DNA of 64,000 nt from a virus: positions 1-64,000 of the IMG/VR virus record IMGVR_UViG_3300017589_000047. One strand, given 5' to 3'. Numbering within the stretch: position 1 is the first letter of the stretch; every line of letters begins with the position of its first letter. Below the pieces are notes generated by a model. That model searched no databases. It was not told where the DNA came from and saw nothing but the letters and a program-made list of their open reading frames with translations. The position numbers and the translations under genes are program-made. Of this stretch, positions 33,414 to 43,118 are shown piece by piece.

Positions 33414-36400
33414 GTGGTGAATATATTTATGGAAGATAATAGCTTAATTCGTGTTATGCAATCATTAGACCTTGACTATAGCAAGGCAATATTATCGACA
33501 AAGCATTTTGAACAAACAATTCAAAGTTTAAATAAACAATTAGCAGGCATGAAAGGTATTGCTATGCAATCCGCTAAAGATATAAACAATACCTTTTCTG
33601 CTCAATTAGGTAATACTATCGGTGGCAAAACAATAGTAGACCAATACGGAAACGCTTTTAAGACTGTTCAGATGGAAGCTACAAAGTCTACAAAATCAAC
33701 TGCAAGTGGGTTCGTTTCTGCAACTACCGCTGCCAAACAACATGGTAAAGCTATTCAAGATGTTGCAAAAGATTATAATGTCATGGGTTCGGAAATGCAA
33801 AGAAGAATGTCGTGGTTCCTTTCTGGCGGATTATTTTACGGTGCATTAAAAGGTGCAAAAGAAGCTATTCAAACAATTTCAGAAGTTGAAATGGGCATGG
33901 TTGAAATATCTAGGGTTATGGAAGATTCAACTTTTGTATTCAAAGACTACAGAGATGAATTATTGCAATTAGGCGTTGATTATGGACAATCCTTTGATAC
34001 GGTTCAAGACATCGCTTTAAGATGGGCTCAAGCAGGATACGGAGTTAAGGACAGTCTAGATAATACTAAATATTCATTACTTGCTTTAAATACTGCTGAA
34101 TTGGATGCATCTAATGCTACTGAATCATTAATAGGTATAATGTCACAATGGCAACTTACTTCCGCTGATATGCCTTTATTGCTTGATAAAATCAATAAGA
34201 CTGCTGATGATTTCACCGTTACATCACAGGATTTAGTTGATGGTTTATTGCGTTCTTCTGGTGCTGCTAGAATAATGAATTTATCTATTGATGAAACTAT
34301 TTCATTGTTAACAGTTATGCGTGAAGCAAGCGGACGTACAGGTCGTGAAGTTGGTAATGCGCTTAATTCTATTTTATCATATATTCAAAGACCTAAATCT
34401 ATTGATACTCTTGGAGATATGGGAATTAATATGTTTGCTGATACTGCTAAAACCCAATTTAGAAACGTAATGGAAATATTCCAAGACATAGCCTCTAAAT
34501 GGGATACTGCAAGTTCCTCTATCAAAGATGGCTTTATAGAATCTGCCGATGACGCAAATTTATTTAGCGAAGAATTAGCTACGGCTTTAGGCATGCAAGA
34601 AGAATGGAATGATTTGCAGACAAGAGATATATCTCAAGCTTCTGCTGGTGTTTATAGAAGAAATTACTTTATAGGTATGATTGAAAGGCTTTCAAAAGCT
34701 CAAGAAGTTCTTAACGGCATGACCGATGCAGCAGGATATTCACAAACAGAAAATGCTCGTACAATGGAAGCTCTTGAAAAAAAATACCAGTCTTTGAAAA
34801 CTTCTGCTGAACAACTAGCTATTGCTTTAGGCGATGCTGGATTGTTAGACGTATTAAAAGGCATAGTTGACACAGGAGCTAATGTTACAAGTAGCATTGC
34901 AAAGATGGACGACGAAGGTAAAGCATTGCTAGCAACTGCATTAGAATTAATAGCTGCCATTGTCGTTATTAAAGGCGCTAGTGGGTTATTTACAACTAAA
35001 AATTTATTATTTGGCGCAACTGCTATGTTGCCTGGTTGGACAAAATTATTAGCAATTATACCAGGCGTCATTGGTGCAATAGCTTTATATAAAAATAATC
35101 TCGATAGTGCTTCATCGTCGGTTGATGATATTAATAGCAAGCAAGATAAATTAATTCAAAATTACGAATCACAATTAAAGACTATTAAAGATAACGAAAA
35201 TGGAATGCTCTCTCAAGCTAAAACTGCGGAATTGTTGGCAAATAAAATTGATTTATTAAGCAAAAAAGAAAGTTTGAACATTTCCGAAAAAGAGCAAATG
35301 AAATCTGTTGTAGACCAACTGAATGGCATATTCCCTAATTTAACATTAGCAATCGATGAACAAACAGGTAAGGTTATTGGTAACACAACAGCTATTTATG
35401 ACAATATAGAAGCATTAAAGAAGCAAGCAATTGAACAAGCCTATCAAGCTAAAATGCAAGCCACGGCCACAGAATATGTTAATCAAGAAGTGCTATTAGG
35501 ACAAACTAAGAGTGATTTAGAATCTGCTAAAGGTCAAATAAATTCACTTTCGGGCGAAATGGCTCAAGCTTATGAAAATGCCGAAGCTGAAATTGCAGAA
35601 GCAAGAGAAAAAGCAGAATCGCAAAAGTGGGGCGAACGCAGTTTAACTATTAAAATAAACGATATTAAAAAGAAATACGGCGTTACAGATGCAAATATTG
35701 GAATAAATAAAAGTCATGACAATGTTAATTCTTTAGAGAAAATTGTAACAGAGCAAGAAAAAAGAATGCAAGAACTAGATGCAGAACTTAATGATTGGGT
35801 TAACAAATCGCTTGAAACCACTTCTAACATAAGTAGCAATAGTTATACTCCTTCTACTGGAGAAGTTAAACCTGACAAAAGTAAAACTAAGGCTTATAAA
35901 AATGACGCATTAAATGAAGCATTAAAAGTTCTTGATTATAAAAAATACATTAACGAATTGACTACCGAAGATGAAATTAAGACTTTGAATCAAATTAAAG
36001 CTAATCATGTAAATACTGCTGATGAATTAATGGATATTAATAAAAGAATTTATAGCGCTGAAAAATCATTATTAGATGAACAATTAAAAACTAAACAAGA
36101 TACTCTTAATATTTCTAAAAATTGGATTGCAGAAGAAACGCAATATGGTAAACTTGCAAACGAAGATTTGATTGCATCATATGAACGTGTAAAAAATAAG
36201 CAAATTGACAATATCGAAGCTGTCAAATATGCTAACAAAGGTCTATTTGATACTTACAAAGATATGCTCGCAGAAGAACAACAAGCTATTAAAGATGCTT
36301 ATGACGAAAGAATGGACAGGATTGATGAAGAGGCTAAGGCAAAAAAACAATCATTGGAAGATGAAAAAACTGCCATTAAAGAACAATTAGATTTGCTTGA

Positions 36401-37325
36401 TAGAAAAGACAATCAACGAAGCCATGAGCAAACATTGTCTGATCTACAAAAAGACCTCGAATACTGGCAAGTTAGAACATCAGAGGAAGCAAGAAAAAAA
36501 GTTATCGAAATTGAAAAACAAATATATGAAGAAAAATATAAATATAACCTTGAACAGCAAAAGCAAAGTCTTAACGACAAAATAGATAATTTAGATGATG
36601 AAATAGATGAAGTTGAAAAAACAGCTAATGAAGAAAAAGCAAAGTGGGAAAAGTCATATAAATTAACCGAAAAAGCTTTTGATAAACACAGTTCAAATAT
36701 AATTGCTTTGGCTGGCGCAATGTCTAAAGAAGCTTATCGACAATGGGTCGATAATTATTTAACTCCTTTACAAAATGCTTTATCTTCTGGTGACTTTGAT
36801 AGTTTTAATTCTATTTCAGGTGGATTGAGCGGTTCTGTTAATGGCTTAAATGGCAATAGCAAGGCTAACTATGTCTTAGTGAATAAAGATGGTACCAGTA
36901 ATGCTAACGTTGGCGATATAGTAGTTACAGGCGGTGGACTGTTTAAAAAAAATGCCGATGGCACATCTTCAAAGGTTGGCGATTTGAGCGGTGGAAACAC
37001 TTCTGATTATAATAAGGTTATCGAAGAATATAACAAATTGCCTAAATTTCATGAGGGTGGTAAAGCTTATTCTGACGGTTTAGCAGTTCTTAAAAAAGAT
37101 GAATTAATATTCCCCCCTGACTTATCATTAAAGATGGATGGATTATTGAGTTTCTTAAAGGGAAATAACACTTATCAATCCAATTCTACGTCTAATGCCT
37201 ATGACAATAGAAAAGAAGTTAGAATTGACAAATTAGTAAACATCGAAAATAATTGCATGGAAGATGAAGTTGATAGCGATATGTTTGCAAGGGAACTTGG
37301 AAGAATTGTAAATTCAATAATATGA
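33414..37325 (+). CDS. Tail tape measure protein
   Basis: 1303 aa with a TP901-type core (DIALRWAQAGYG...TSQDLVDGLLRSSGAAR), TM segments, and a long coiled coil. Confidence 0.9.
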   Translation: MVNIFMEDNSLIRVMQSLDLDYSKAILSTKHFEQTIQSLNKQLAGMKGIAMQSAKDINNTFSAQLGNTIGGKTIVDQYGNAFKTVQMEATKSTKSTASGFVSATTAAKQHGKAIQDVAKDYNVMGSEMQRRMSWFLSGGLFYGALKGAKEAIQTISEVEMGMVEISRVMEDSTFVFKDYRDELLQLGVDYGQSFDTVQDIALRWAQAGYGVKDSLDNTKYSLLALNTAELDASNATESLIGIMSQWQLTSADMPLLLDKINKTADDFTVTSQDLVDGLLRSSGAARIMNLSIDETISLLTVMREASGRTGREVGNALNSILSYIQRPKSIDTLGDMGINMFADTAKTQFRNVMEIFQDIASKWDTASSSIKDGFIESADDANLFSEELATALGMQEEWNDLQTRDISQASAGVYRRNYFIGMIERLSKAQEVLNGMTDAAGYSQTENARTMEALEKKYQSLKTSAEQLAIALGDAGLLDVLKGIVDTGANVTSSIAKMDDEGKALLATALELIAAIVVIKGASGLFTTKNLLFGATAMLPGWTKLLAIIPGVIGAIALYKNNLDSASSSVDDINSKQDKLIQNYESQLKTIKDNENGMLSQAKTAELLANKIDLLSKKESLNISEKEQMKSVVDQLNGIFPNLTLAIDEQTGKVIGNTTAIYDNIEALKKQAIEQAYQAKMQATATEYVNQEVLLGQTKSDLESAKGQINSLSGEMAQAYENAEAEIAEAREKAESQKWGERSLTIKINDIKKKYGVTDANIGINKSHDNVNSLEKIVTEQEKRMQELDAELNDWVNKSLETTSNISSNSYTPSTGEVKPDKSKTKAYKNDALNEALKVLDYKKYINELTTEDEIKTLNQIKANHVNTADELMDINKRIYSAEKSLLDEQLKTKQDTLNISKNWIAEETQYGKLANEDLIASYERVKNKQIDNIEAVKYANKGLFDTYKDMLAEEQQAIKDAYDERMDRIDEEAKAKKQSLEDEKTAIKEQLDLLDRKDNQRSHEQTLSDLQKDLEYWQVRTSEEARKKVIEIEKQIYEEKYKYNLEQQKQSLNDKIDNLDDEIDEVEKTANEEKAKWEKSYKLTEKAFDKHSSNIIALAGAMSKEAYRQWVDNYLTPLQNALSSGDFDSFNSISGGLSGSVNGLNGNSKANYVLVNKDGTSNANVGDIVVTGGGLFKKNADGTSSKVGDLSGGNTSDYNKVIEEYNKLPKFHEGGKAYSDGLAVLKKDELIFPPDLSLKMDGLLSFLKGNNTYQSNSTSNAYDNRKEVRIDKLVNIENNCMEDEVDSDMFARELGRIVNSII

Positions 37326-37332
37326 TAAGCGA

Positions 37333-37361
37333 AAGAGCAATTATGACCCGTTGCTCTTTTT
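37333..37361 (+). terminator. Intrinsic terminator immediately after the tape measure gene
   Basis: AAGAGCAA-(10 nt)-TTGCTCTT followed by TTT. Confidence 0.7.
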
Positions 37362-37394
37362 AAATAGTCTTTAAGACATTAAACGAGGTGATTA

Positions 37395-37712
37395 ATGGGT
37401 GAATGGATAAAGGAATATTGGTTAAAGGCTTTGTTTGGTGGGGTAATTACTTTGTTTGGCTGTTGGGGAAAAAAGAAAATTAGTTATCTAGAATGTAAAA
37501 TCAAGGAAGAAGAAATGCTAAAAGATGGCGTACAGGCTTTGTTAAAGGATAGAATCATTGAATCTTATAATCACTATATAGAGATAGAATATTGCCCTAT
37601 ATACGCTAGAGAGAATGTTCAAAATATGTATGATAAATACCATGCACTAGGTGGCAATGGCACAGTTACAGACTTAGTTAAAAAGTTATTTGATTTGCCT
37701 ACAGAGAGGTGA
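37395..37712 (+). CDS. Membrane-anchored small protein (lysis-cassette associated)
   Basis: N-terminal TM WLKALFGGVITLFGCWG and C-terminal ...YHALGGNGTVTDL. Confidence 0.45.
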   Translation: MGEWIKEYWLKALFGGVITLFGCWGKKKISYLECKIKEEEMLKDGVQALLKDRIIESYNHYIEIEYCPIYARENVQNMYDKYHALGGNGTVTDLVKKLFDLPTER

Positions 37713-37716
37713 TGTT

Positions 37717-37971
37717 TTGAAAAAAGAGTATACAAAACGTATGGTAAATTTCGTTATGATTACTTATTTCATAGGCCTGTTTATAGGTTCTTATGTGGTA
37801 TTAAAAATACTTATGGATTATCCAGAGTATGCCGTACAAGCTTTGATTGCCATGTTTACATACATAGGAACACCAACAGCAACTACAATAGGTTTTTATT
37901 GTTGGAAAGCTAAAAATGAAAATGTTAAGAAAATTGGAGGTAATATTGATGGAAATAATGACGATATTTAA
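37717..37971 (+). CDS. Holin-like two-TM protein
   Basis: TTG 37717 follows GAGAGGTGA. Two hydrophobic helices and a charged C-terminus. Confidence 0.55.
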   Translation: MKKEYTKRMVNFVMITYFIGLFIGSYVVLKILMDYPEYAVQALIAMFTYIGTPTATTIGFYCWKAKNENVKKIGGNIDGNNDDI

Positions 37972-38266
37972 AATGTTAGTAGTAGTAATGGTAACAGGAT
38001 TAATTGCATTGCAGTTCAAAAGTTTTAGCGAATGGTTAGTATGGGGAGTTACCGAAGCAGAAACTTATCTAGGAAGTGGAACAGGAGAATTAAAACTAAA
38101 ATATGTTTATGATTTAGCAATAGAAAGATTCCCTATTTTCGTAAAATTTATAACTTTTGATTTGTTTAAAAAATTAGTTGATGTTGCTTTAGATAAAATG
38201 AGGGAAATGATTGAAAACAACGAAGCTATTAATAATATAGTTTTGGGAAGTGATAAAATTGAGTAA
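37949..38266 (+). CDS. Holin-like protein (LL-H-type pattern)
   Basis: ATG 37949 lies 8 nt after GGAGG. N-terminal TM MLVVVMVTGLIAL, then AETYLGSGTGELKLKYVYD. Confidence 0.5.
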   Translation: MEIMTIFKMLVVVMVTGLIALQFKSFSEWLVWGVTEAETYLGSGTGELKLKYVYDLAIERFPIFVKFITFDLFKKLVDVALDKMREMIENNEAINNIVLGSDKIE

Positions 38267-38819
38267 TTTATATAAAGGTGAATATAAGATAACCTCACCA
38301 TTTGGACCTCGTAACTTATACGGTGACACAAGACCTCATAAGGGTATTGATTGCGTAGGTATAGGCAATAAAAATCTAGTTGCTATATGTGATGGTACTG
38401 TTATTTCAAGTCAAATGCTTCTTAAAGAGAATGATAAAACTGGTACTTGGGAATGGGGTAACTACATAAAGCTTGATGATGGATATGGTTATTACCCTCA
38501 CTATTGCCATTTAAGCAAAAGATTAGTGAGTAAAGGTATGAAAGTATCAAAAGGGCAAAAAATAGGTGTAGAGGGTGAAACAGGCTACTCACGAGGTTCG
38601 CATTGCCACTTTGAAGTTAGGGATTCTAAAGGTGTTTCAATAGACCCAATTTTATATTTTAAAATACTTGAAGAAAGGAATAAACCTATGACAGTTGACG
38701 AAGCAAAGAAAATAGTCAAGGAAAAAGCTGGACTAGATGATAATACAATTACCTACTTAGCACAATCATATAAGTATGGCGATGCATTGATAGTCAAGCT
38801 TGCTAATGCAATGATATAA
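38250..38819 (+). CDS. M23-family metallopeptidase (endolysin or tail lysin)
   Basis: HKGIDCVG ... GETGYSRGSHCHFEV matches the HxxxD / HxH zinc motifs of M23. Confidence 0.8.
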   Translation: MIKLSNLYKGEYKITSPFGPRNLYGDTRPHKGIDCVGIGNKNLVAICDGTVISSQMLLKENDKTGTWEWGNYIKLDDGYGYYPHYCHLSKRLVSKGMKVSKGQKIGVEGETGYSRGSHCHFEVRDSKGVSIDPILYFKILEERNKPMTVDEAKKIVKEKAGLDDNTITYLAQSYKYGDALIVKLANAMI

Positions 38820-38828
38820 AATATTATA

Positions 38829-38860
38829 AAAAGCCATTCTAACGAGTGGCTTTTTATTTT
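38829..38860 (+). terminator. Intrinsic terminator after the M23 gene
   Basis: AAAAGCCA-(10 nt)-TGGCTTTTTATTTT. Confidence 0.7.
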
Positions 38861-38878
38861 TACAAAGGAGCTGATATT

Positions 38879-39400
38879 ATGAAAGATAAAGGAATTGGAA
38901 TAGATGCAGTTGCTGTTGGTGCTGGATTAAGTATCACTGAACACGCAAAATGGCAACCTAAATGGATAATTGAAAAATATGATAAAGATATGAAATTATA
39001 TGAAACAGAAGAAATTGACGGTAATTTGCTTTTAAATGAAGGAATTACCGAATTACTTAATCTATTAATTGGCGGTACCGCAACCGCTTTCAATAATGCC
39101 AATGCTTATATTGGAATCGGCGATGGAACAACTGCTGCCGTGACTACTCAAACAGGATTATTAGGTGCTAATAAGACCTATGTTGGAATGGATTCTACTT
39201 ATCCGCAAGCATCGGGAAATGTCGTAACCTTTAGTTCTACATTTGGACCTACAATTGGCAATCATGCATGGAGAGAATTTACAGTATGTAATTCTAATAG
39301 TGATACGGGAAAAAACTTAAATCGTAAAGTAGAATCGGCTTTAAGAAGTAAAGTTAATCCAGATACATGGGTTGTAAGACTTACGATAACTATATCATAA
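38879..39400 (+). CDS. Structural (fibre/baseplate-associated?) protein
   Basis: ATG 38879 follows AAAGGAG. 173 aa, beta-rich composition. Confidence 0.4.
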   Translation: MKDKGIGIDAVAVGAGLSITEHAKWQPKWIIEKYDKDMKLYETEEIDGNLLLNEGITELLNLLIGGTATAFNNANAYIGIGDGTTAAVTTQTGLLGANKTYVGMDSTYPQASGNVVTFSSTFGPTIGNHAWREFTVCNSNSDTGKNLNRKVESALRSKVNPDTWVVRLTITIS

Positions 39401-39413
39401 GGTGGCGGTATAA

Positions 39414-40262
39414 ATGGCTAAAACTAATTGGCAAGACCCTAAAAGTTCAGAAATTATATCTCCCCATATATCAGGATTGCAAGAAGCTATTGGCAAACTT
39501 GAAGAATCTTTAGGGATATCCTCTACTGCCGAAACAGGCATAGTTTTATCAGAGGTTTATATTTCCGAAACGGATAGATATAGAATTTATCAAGCTTCAG
39601 AAGGTAAAAGAAATTGGTTATCCTTCCCTACTCCAATTGTAAAAAAAAATGGAGTGCAAATATCCACAGGCTTTATTATTGAATATGGTGGCGGTGCAAT
39701 TGTATTTACTACTCCTATTTTAGGGACGGATATAGTTACTGCCGATGCTACTTATACAATAAAAGAATCTACATCTGTTACGGCACGAATTAACACTTTG
39801 GCTCCTCATCCTACTTTATTAGTTACGGGCACAAATGGAGTACACGGATTAAAAATAGAGAGCGGAACATTTACTTCAAGTGTAGCTGGATGGAGTACTT
39901 TTGGAGTTAATACTTACTCCATTCAACATAGTACATATTATTTATTAGGCAAAATATGCAAATTTGATATTTATATTGAGATGACTGTAAAAGATGCAGC
40001 TATGGCAGGCTCGATTGTTATTAATGATTTGCCATTTGCAAGTAAAAATCAAACAAATAAAAATCAAGCTGTACAAATCGGTATATTTAATAATATAGAT
40101 TTAGATGTGACAAGATATCTATTAAAAGGTGTTATTTTACCAAATACTAATAGGATATGGATACTACAAACAGGTGATAATGTGGCTCATACAAATCTTA
40201 CTGCAACACAATTAAATAATACAACGCTTATACAAATAAGTGGCGTATATGAAATAGCATAG
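39414..40262 (+). CDS. Tail-fibre-like protein
   Basis: The N-terminus MAKTNWQDPKSSEIISPHISGLQEAIGKLEESLGI is the kind of conserved fibre N-terminus seen in Firmicute phages, recalled from memory and not verified. Confidence 0.4.
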   Translation: MAKTNWQDPKSSEIISPHISGLQEAIGKLEESLGISSTAETGIVLSEVYISETDRYRIYQASEGKRNWLSFPTPIVKKNGVQISTGFIIEYGGGAIVFTTPILGTDIVTADATYTIKESTSVTARINTLAPHPTLLVTGTNGVHGLKIESGTFTSSVAGWSTFGVNTYSIQHSTYYLLGKICKFDIYIEMTVKDAAMAGSIVINDLPFASKNQTNKNQAVQIGIFNNIDLDVTRYLLKGVILPNTNRIWILQTGDNVAHTNLTATQLNNTTLIQISGVYEIA

Positions 40263-40273
40263 GAGGAGATAAA

Positions 40274-40507
40274 ATGATAGAAAAATATACATTAGATATG
40301 CTTACACAAGACAGTGTGAGCGTAAAAAAACAAACATATATTGATTACATGGGGCAACAGTACCCAATCGGTGAGCCTTGGAGAAGGGCTTATGTAAACA
40401 GCATTCAGGGCAGAGAACAAATAATTGCTGAATTACCGCAGGTACAAGTAAATGCAATAATGGCTGTTTGGGGTGACACTCCAACGGTAACAGAAGTTAC
40501 AGAGTAG
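40274..40507 (+). CDS. Small hypothetical protein (fibre chaperone?)
   Basis: 77-aa ORF with GGAGGAG RBS, followed by a hairpin plus T-run near 40535-40560. Confidence 0.4.
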   Translation: MIEKYTLDMLTQDSVSVKKQTYIDYMGQQYPIGEPWRRAYVNSIQGREQIIAELPQVQVNAIMAVWGDTPTVTEVTE

Positions 40508-40574
40508 GGAACAAAAGAAAAATTTCGTGTCCTAAAGGATCTCTTATGAGGTCTTTTTTCATTCTTAAAAGAAG

Positions 40575-40976
40575 GTGATTTCCTTGAAAGAATATAAAAA
40601 CGGAGATTATACTAATTATTTTGACACTTCAATATTACCAAGCGGACAGACTATAAGAATTGAGTTTCAAGAAGAGTGGGGTAAGTCAAAGTATTTTTAT
40701 AGTATCTACCTAGTTACTTCCCATAAAAGAAAGCAAGCTGATTCTACATATGGAATAGCAACAGGAAAAGATGGTTTTAAAGGTTTGTTATGAGCTAAAA
40801 GTAAAATAATTGAATTTGAAGCTTTTATAAAAGAAAAACATCTTGATATACCAATAATTATTTATTGTCATTGGACGGATAATAAAAGAAGAAATATGTA
40901 TGAACGTGGTTTATCTAATATTGGTTATAAATACAACTTTTTATTTGATAAGAAGGTTTTAAGCAAAATGATATAA
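40575..40976 (+). pseudogene. ORF with a single in-frame TGA (72 + 61 codons)
   Basis: ...KDGFKGLL-TGA-AKSKIIEFEAFIKEKHLDIPIIIYCHWTDNKRRNMYERGLSNIGYKYNFLFDKKVLSKMI-TAA. 61 stop-free codons after the TGA are unlikely by chance in this AT-rich DNA. Confidence 0.5.
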
Positions 40977-41026
40977 AAAACAAGACGGAAGAAACCTTTA
41001 ACTGACCAAGAAAGGGGTTATTATGA

Positions 41027-42025
41027 ATGGGGGATGATAAAGAGTTAGTTATAATTAAAATATTATCAGAGTTACAGGATAAATACAACATAAATAACGT
41101 GGATGTAAAAAACATACTAGATAGGAATTTAGGTAATTATTTTTTAATATCTAACGAGACAAGCCTAATGGCATCTGATTTAAATGAAAAAATACAGTTT
41201 TTTCTAGGATTAAAGTCTCTAGAGGGGCTTTCAAAACTTTCATTACAGCGATACAAAGAAGAATTATTAATGTTTGGAAGGTACATAATAAAACCAGTAA
41301 GACAAATTACAGTTAATGACATTAGGACATATTTTATTATTATTCAATCAGAAAAGAGTTACGAAAAGATTACTATAAATGGAAAACTAGGTGTATTAAG
41401 GAGTTTTTTTGGCACGCTTTATAAAGAAGAAATGATTGAAAAAGACCCAACTATTAGGCTTAAAAACATAAAAGTTGATGTGAAGGGTCTTAGGGAACAT
41501 TTAACCGCAGAAGAATTGGAGATAGTAAGAAATGTGTGTATTAATATTAGAGAAAAAGCAGTCATTGAATTTCTTTATAGTACCGGATGCAGAGTTTCGG
41601 AAGTTGTGGAATCAAAATTAAATGATATTAACTGGAATAGTAATAGTCTTATAGTGCACGGCAAAGGAGACAAGTGTAGAACTGTTTATTTTTCTGTAAA
41701 ATGCAAATTATATCTAAGGGAATATATAGAAAATAGAAATGGAGATTGTGAATCCCTTTTTATAGGAGAGAGAAGTCCTTATAGTTCATTAACAAAATCA
41801 GGATTAGAAAAAGTTGTTAAAAAGATTGCATTGAGGACTAAAATAAATAAGAAAATTTCACCACACGTATTTAGACATACTTTTGCAACTTTAGCATTAC
41901 AACGAGGAATGGACATAACATCAATACAGCAAATTTTAGGACATGAACAAATTAATACAACACAAATTTATGCAAAGACAAATACTAAACAACTTCAAAT
42001 TGCCTATGAAAAATTCATAGCATAA
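41027..42025 (+). CDS. XerC/D-like tyrosine recombinase embedded in the tail module
   Basis: N-terminal SAM-like domain (LSLQRYKEELLMFGRY...) and catalytic STGCRVSEV ... HVFRHTFAT ... LGH ... QIY. Confidence 0.85.
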   Translation: MGDDKELVIIKILSELQDKYNINNVDVKNILDRNLGNYFLISNETSLMASDLNEKIQFFLGLKSLEGLSKLSLQRYKEELLMFGRYIIKPVRQITVNDIRTYFIIIQSEKSYEKITINGKLGVLRSFFGTLYKEEMIEKDPTIRLKNIKVDVKGLREHLTAEELEIVRNVCINIREKAVIEFLYSTGCRVSEVVESKLNDINWNSNSLIVHGKGDKCRTVYFSVKCKLYLREYIENRNGDCESLFIGERSPYSSLTKSGLEKVVKKIALRTKINKKISPHVFRHTFATLALQRGMDITSIQQILGHEQINTTQIYAKTNTKQLQIAYEKFIA

Positions 42026-42053
42026 CGTCAAATTGTTTTAAGAAGGTGATATA

Positions 42054-43118
42054 TTGGCTAATTACAATTTTAAAAGAATATACAATAAAATAACACCTGA
42101 TGGTGGGGCGAATTATAATTCTACTCCATTTATGATATTAATAGCGGATAACGCTTTAGGTAACGATAATATTTACAGTGTTTTAATAAATTCTAATATA
42201 AACGATAACGGAACAGGAATAGAAAATATAAATGCCTCTACGACCATTCAAATAGTCGATAATTCAATTAGTTTAATCGATGAAATTAATGTAATTAATA
42301 ATATAAATATTTCTGATGTCGGGCAAGGAATAGATATCATATATTCGATTTTAAACAATGTTAATATATCTGACAATGGATATGGAACTGATTATTTATC
42401 GATAGCAACTACTTATTTCCTTATTGATGCGGATAATATTTTAAATCCTTTAGGTATCTTAATAACAAGAGATACGAGGGAAGAAATACTTCCTGCAATT
42501 AAAAAATACATTGAAACAGTACCAGGTAAACAGGGTGAATATAATTTCAAAACGGAACTTAAAGCAAAAACGCTTGAATTAACAGCAGTTACTCCTGAAG
42601 GACTTACGCCCAAAGAGAAAATAGATTTAAAAAGATTATTTGCAAAATATCTTAGTCCTTTAAATGGCGAAAAAAGCTTAGTATTTGCAGATGACATTGA
42701 ACGTCAATATAAAGTAAGATATTCAGGGAAAATAAATCCCGATAATTTCCCTTCGTGGTTCAGATTTGCAATTCCTTTTAAAATGAGCAGTCCTTTTGTA
42801 ATTGGCTCTTTTGAAAATATGCAAATAGGAAAAGGAACTATTGAAAATAAAGGCAATATTGATACTCATGTAATAATTGAGATATCTGGATTAACCACTA
42901 ATCCATCTTTAATTTTTAATGGCGAAGAACTGAGTTATACAGGAACAATAAACGCAAGTGAAACTCTTGTTATTGATACCTATAAGCAAACTGCTAAAAT
43001 TGGAGATCTAAATGTTTTAGATAATTGGTGTAAAATATTCCCTATATTAAAACCCGGAACAATAGATGTTGCTATGAGCAATAACATTGCAATAAAATGG
43101 AGGGCAAAATGGCTATGA
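42054..43118 (+). CDS. Distal tail protein (Dit-like) with an N-terminal repeat extension
   Basis: The C-terminal ~250 aa is paralogous to 43097..43873. The N-terminus carries three copies of NI(N/S)D(N/V)G.G(I/T)(E/D). Confidence 0.55.
   Translation: MANYNFKRIYNKITPDGGANYNSTPFMILIADNALGNDNIYSVLINSNINDNGTGIENINASTTIQIVDNSISLIDEINVINNINISDVGQGIDIIYSILNNVNISDNGYGTDYLSIATTYFLIDADNILNPLGILITRDTREEILPAIKKYIETVPGKQGEYNFKTELKAKTLELTAVTPEGLTPKEKIDLKRLFAKYLSPLNGEKSLVFADDIERQYKVRYSGKINPDNFPSWFRFAIPFKMSSPFVIGSFENMQIGKGTIENKGNIDTHVIIEISGLTTNPSLIFNGEELSYTGTINASETLVIDTYKQTAKIGDLNVLDNWCKIFPILKPGTIDVAMSNNIAIKWRAKWL

Noticed and set aside
36205-36585. Same-strand alternative-frame ORFs 36205..36390 and 36397..36585 inside the tape measure gene
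   Set aside because: Lys-rich out-of-frame readings of the coiled-coil region, with no independent initiation signals.
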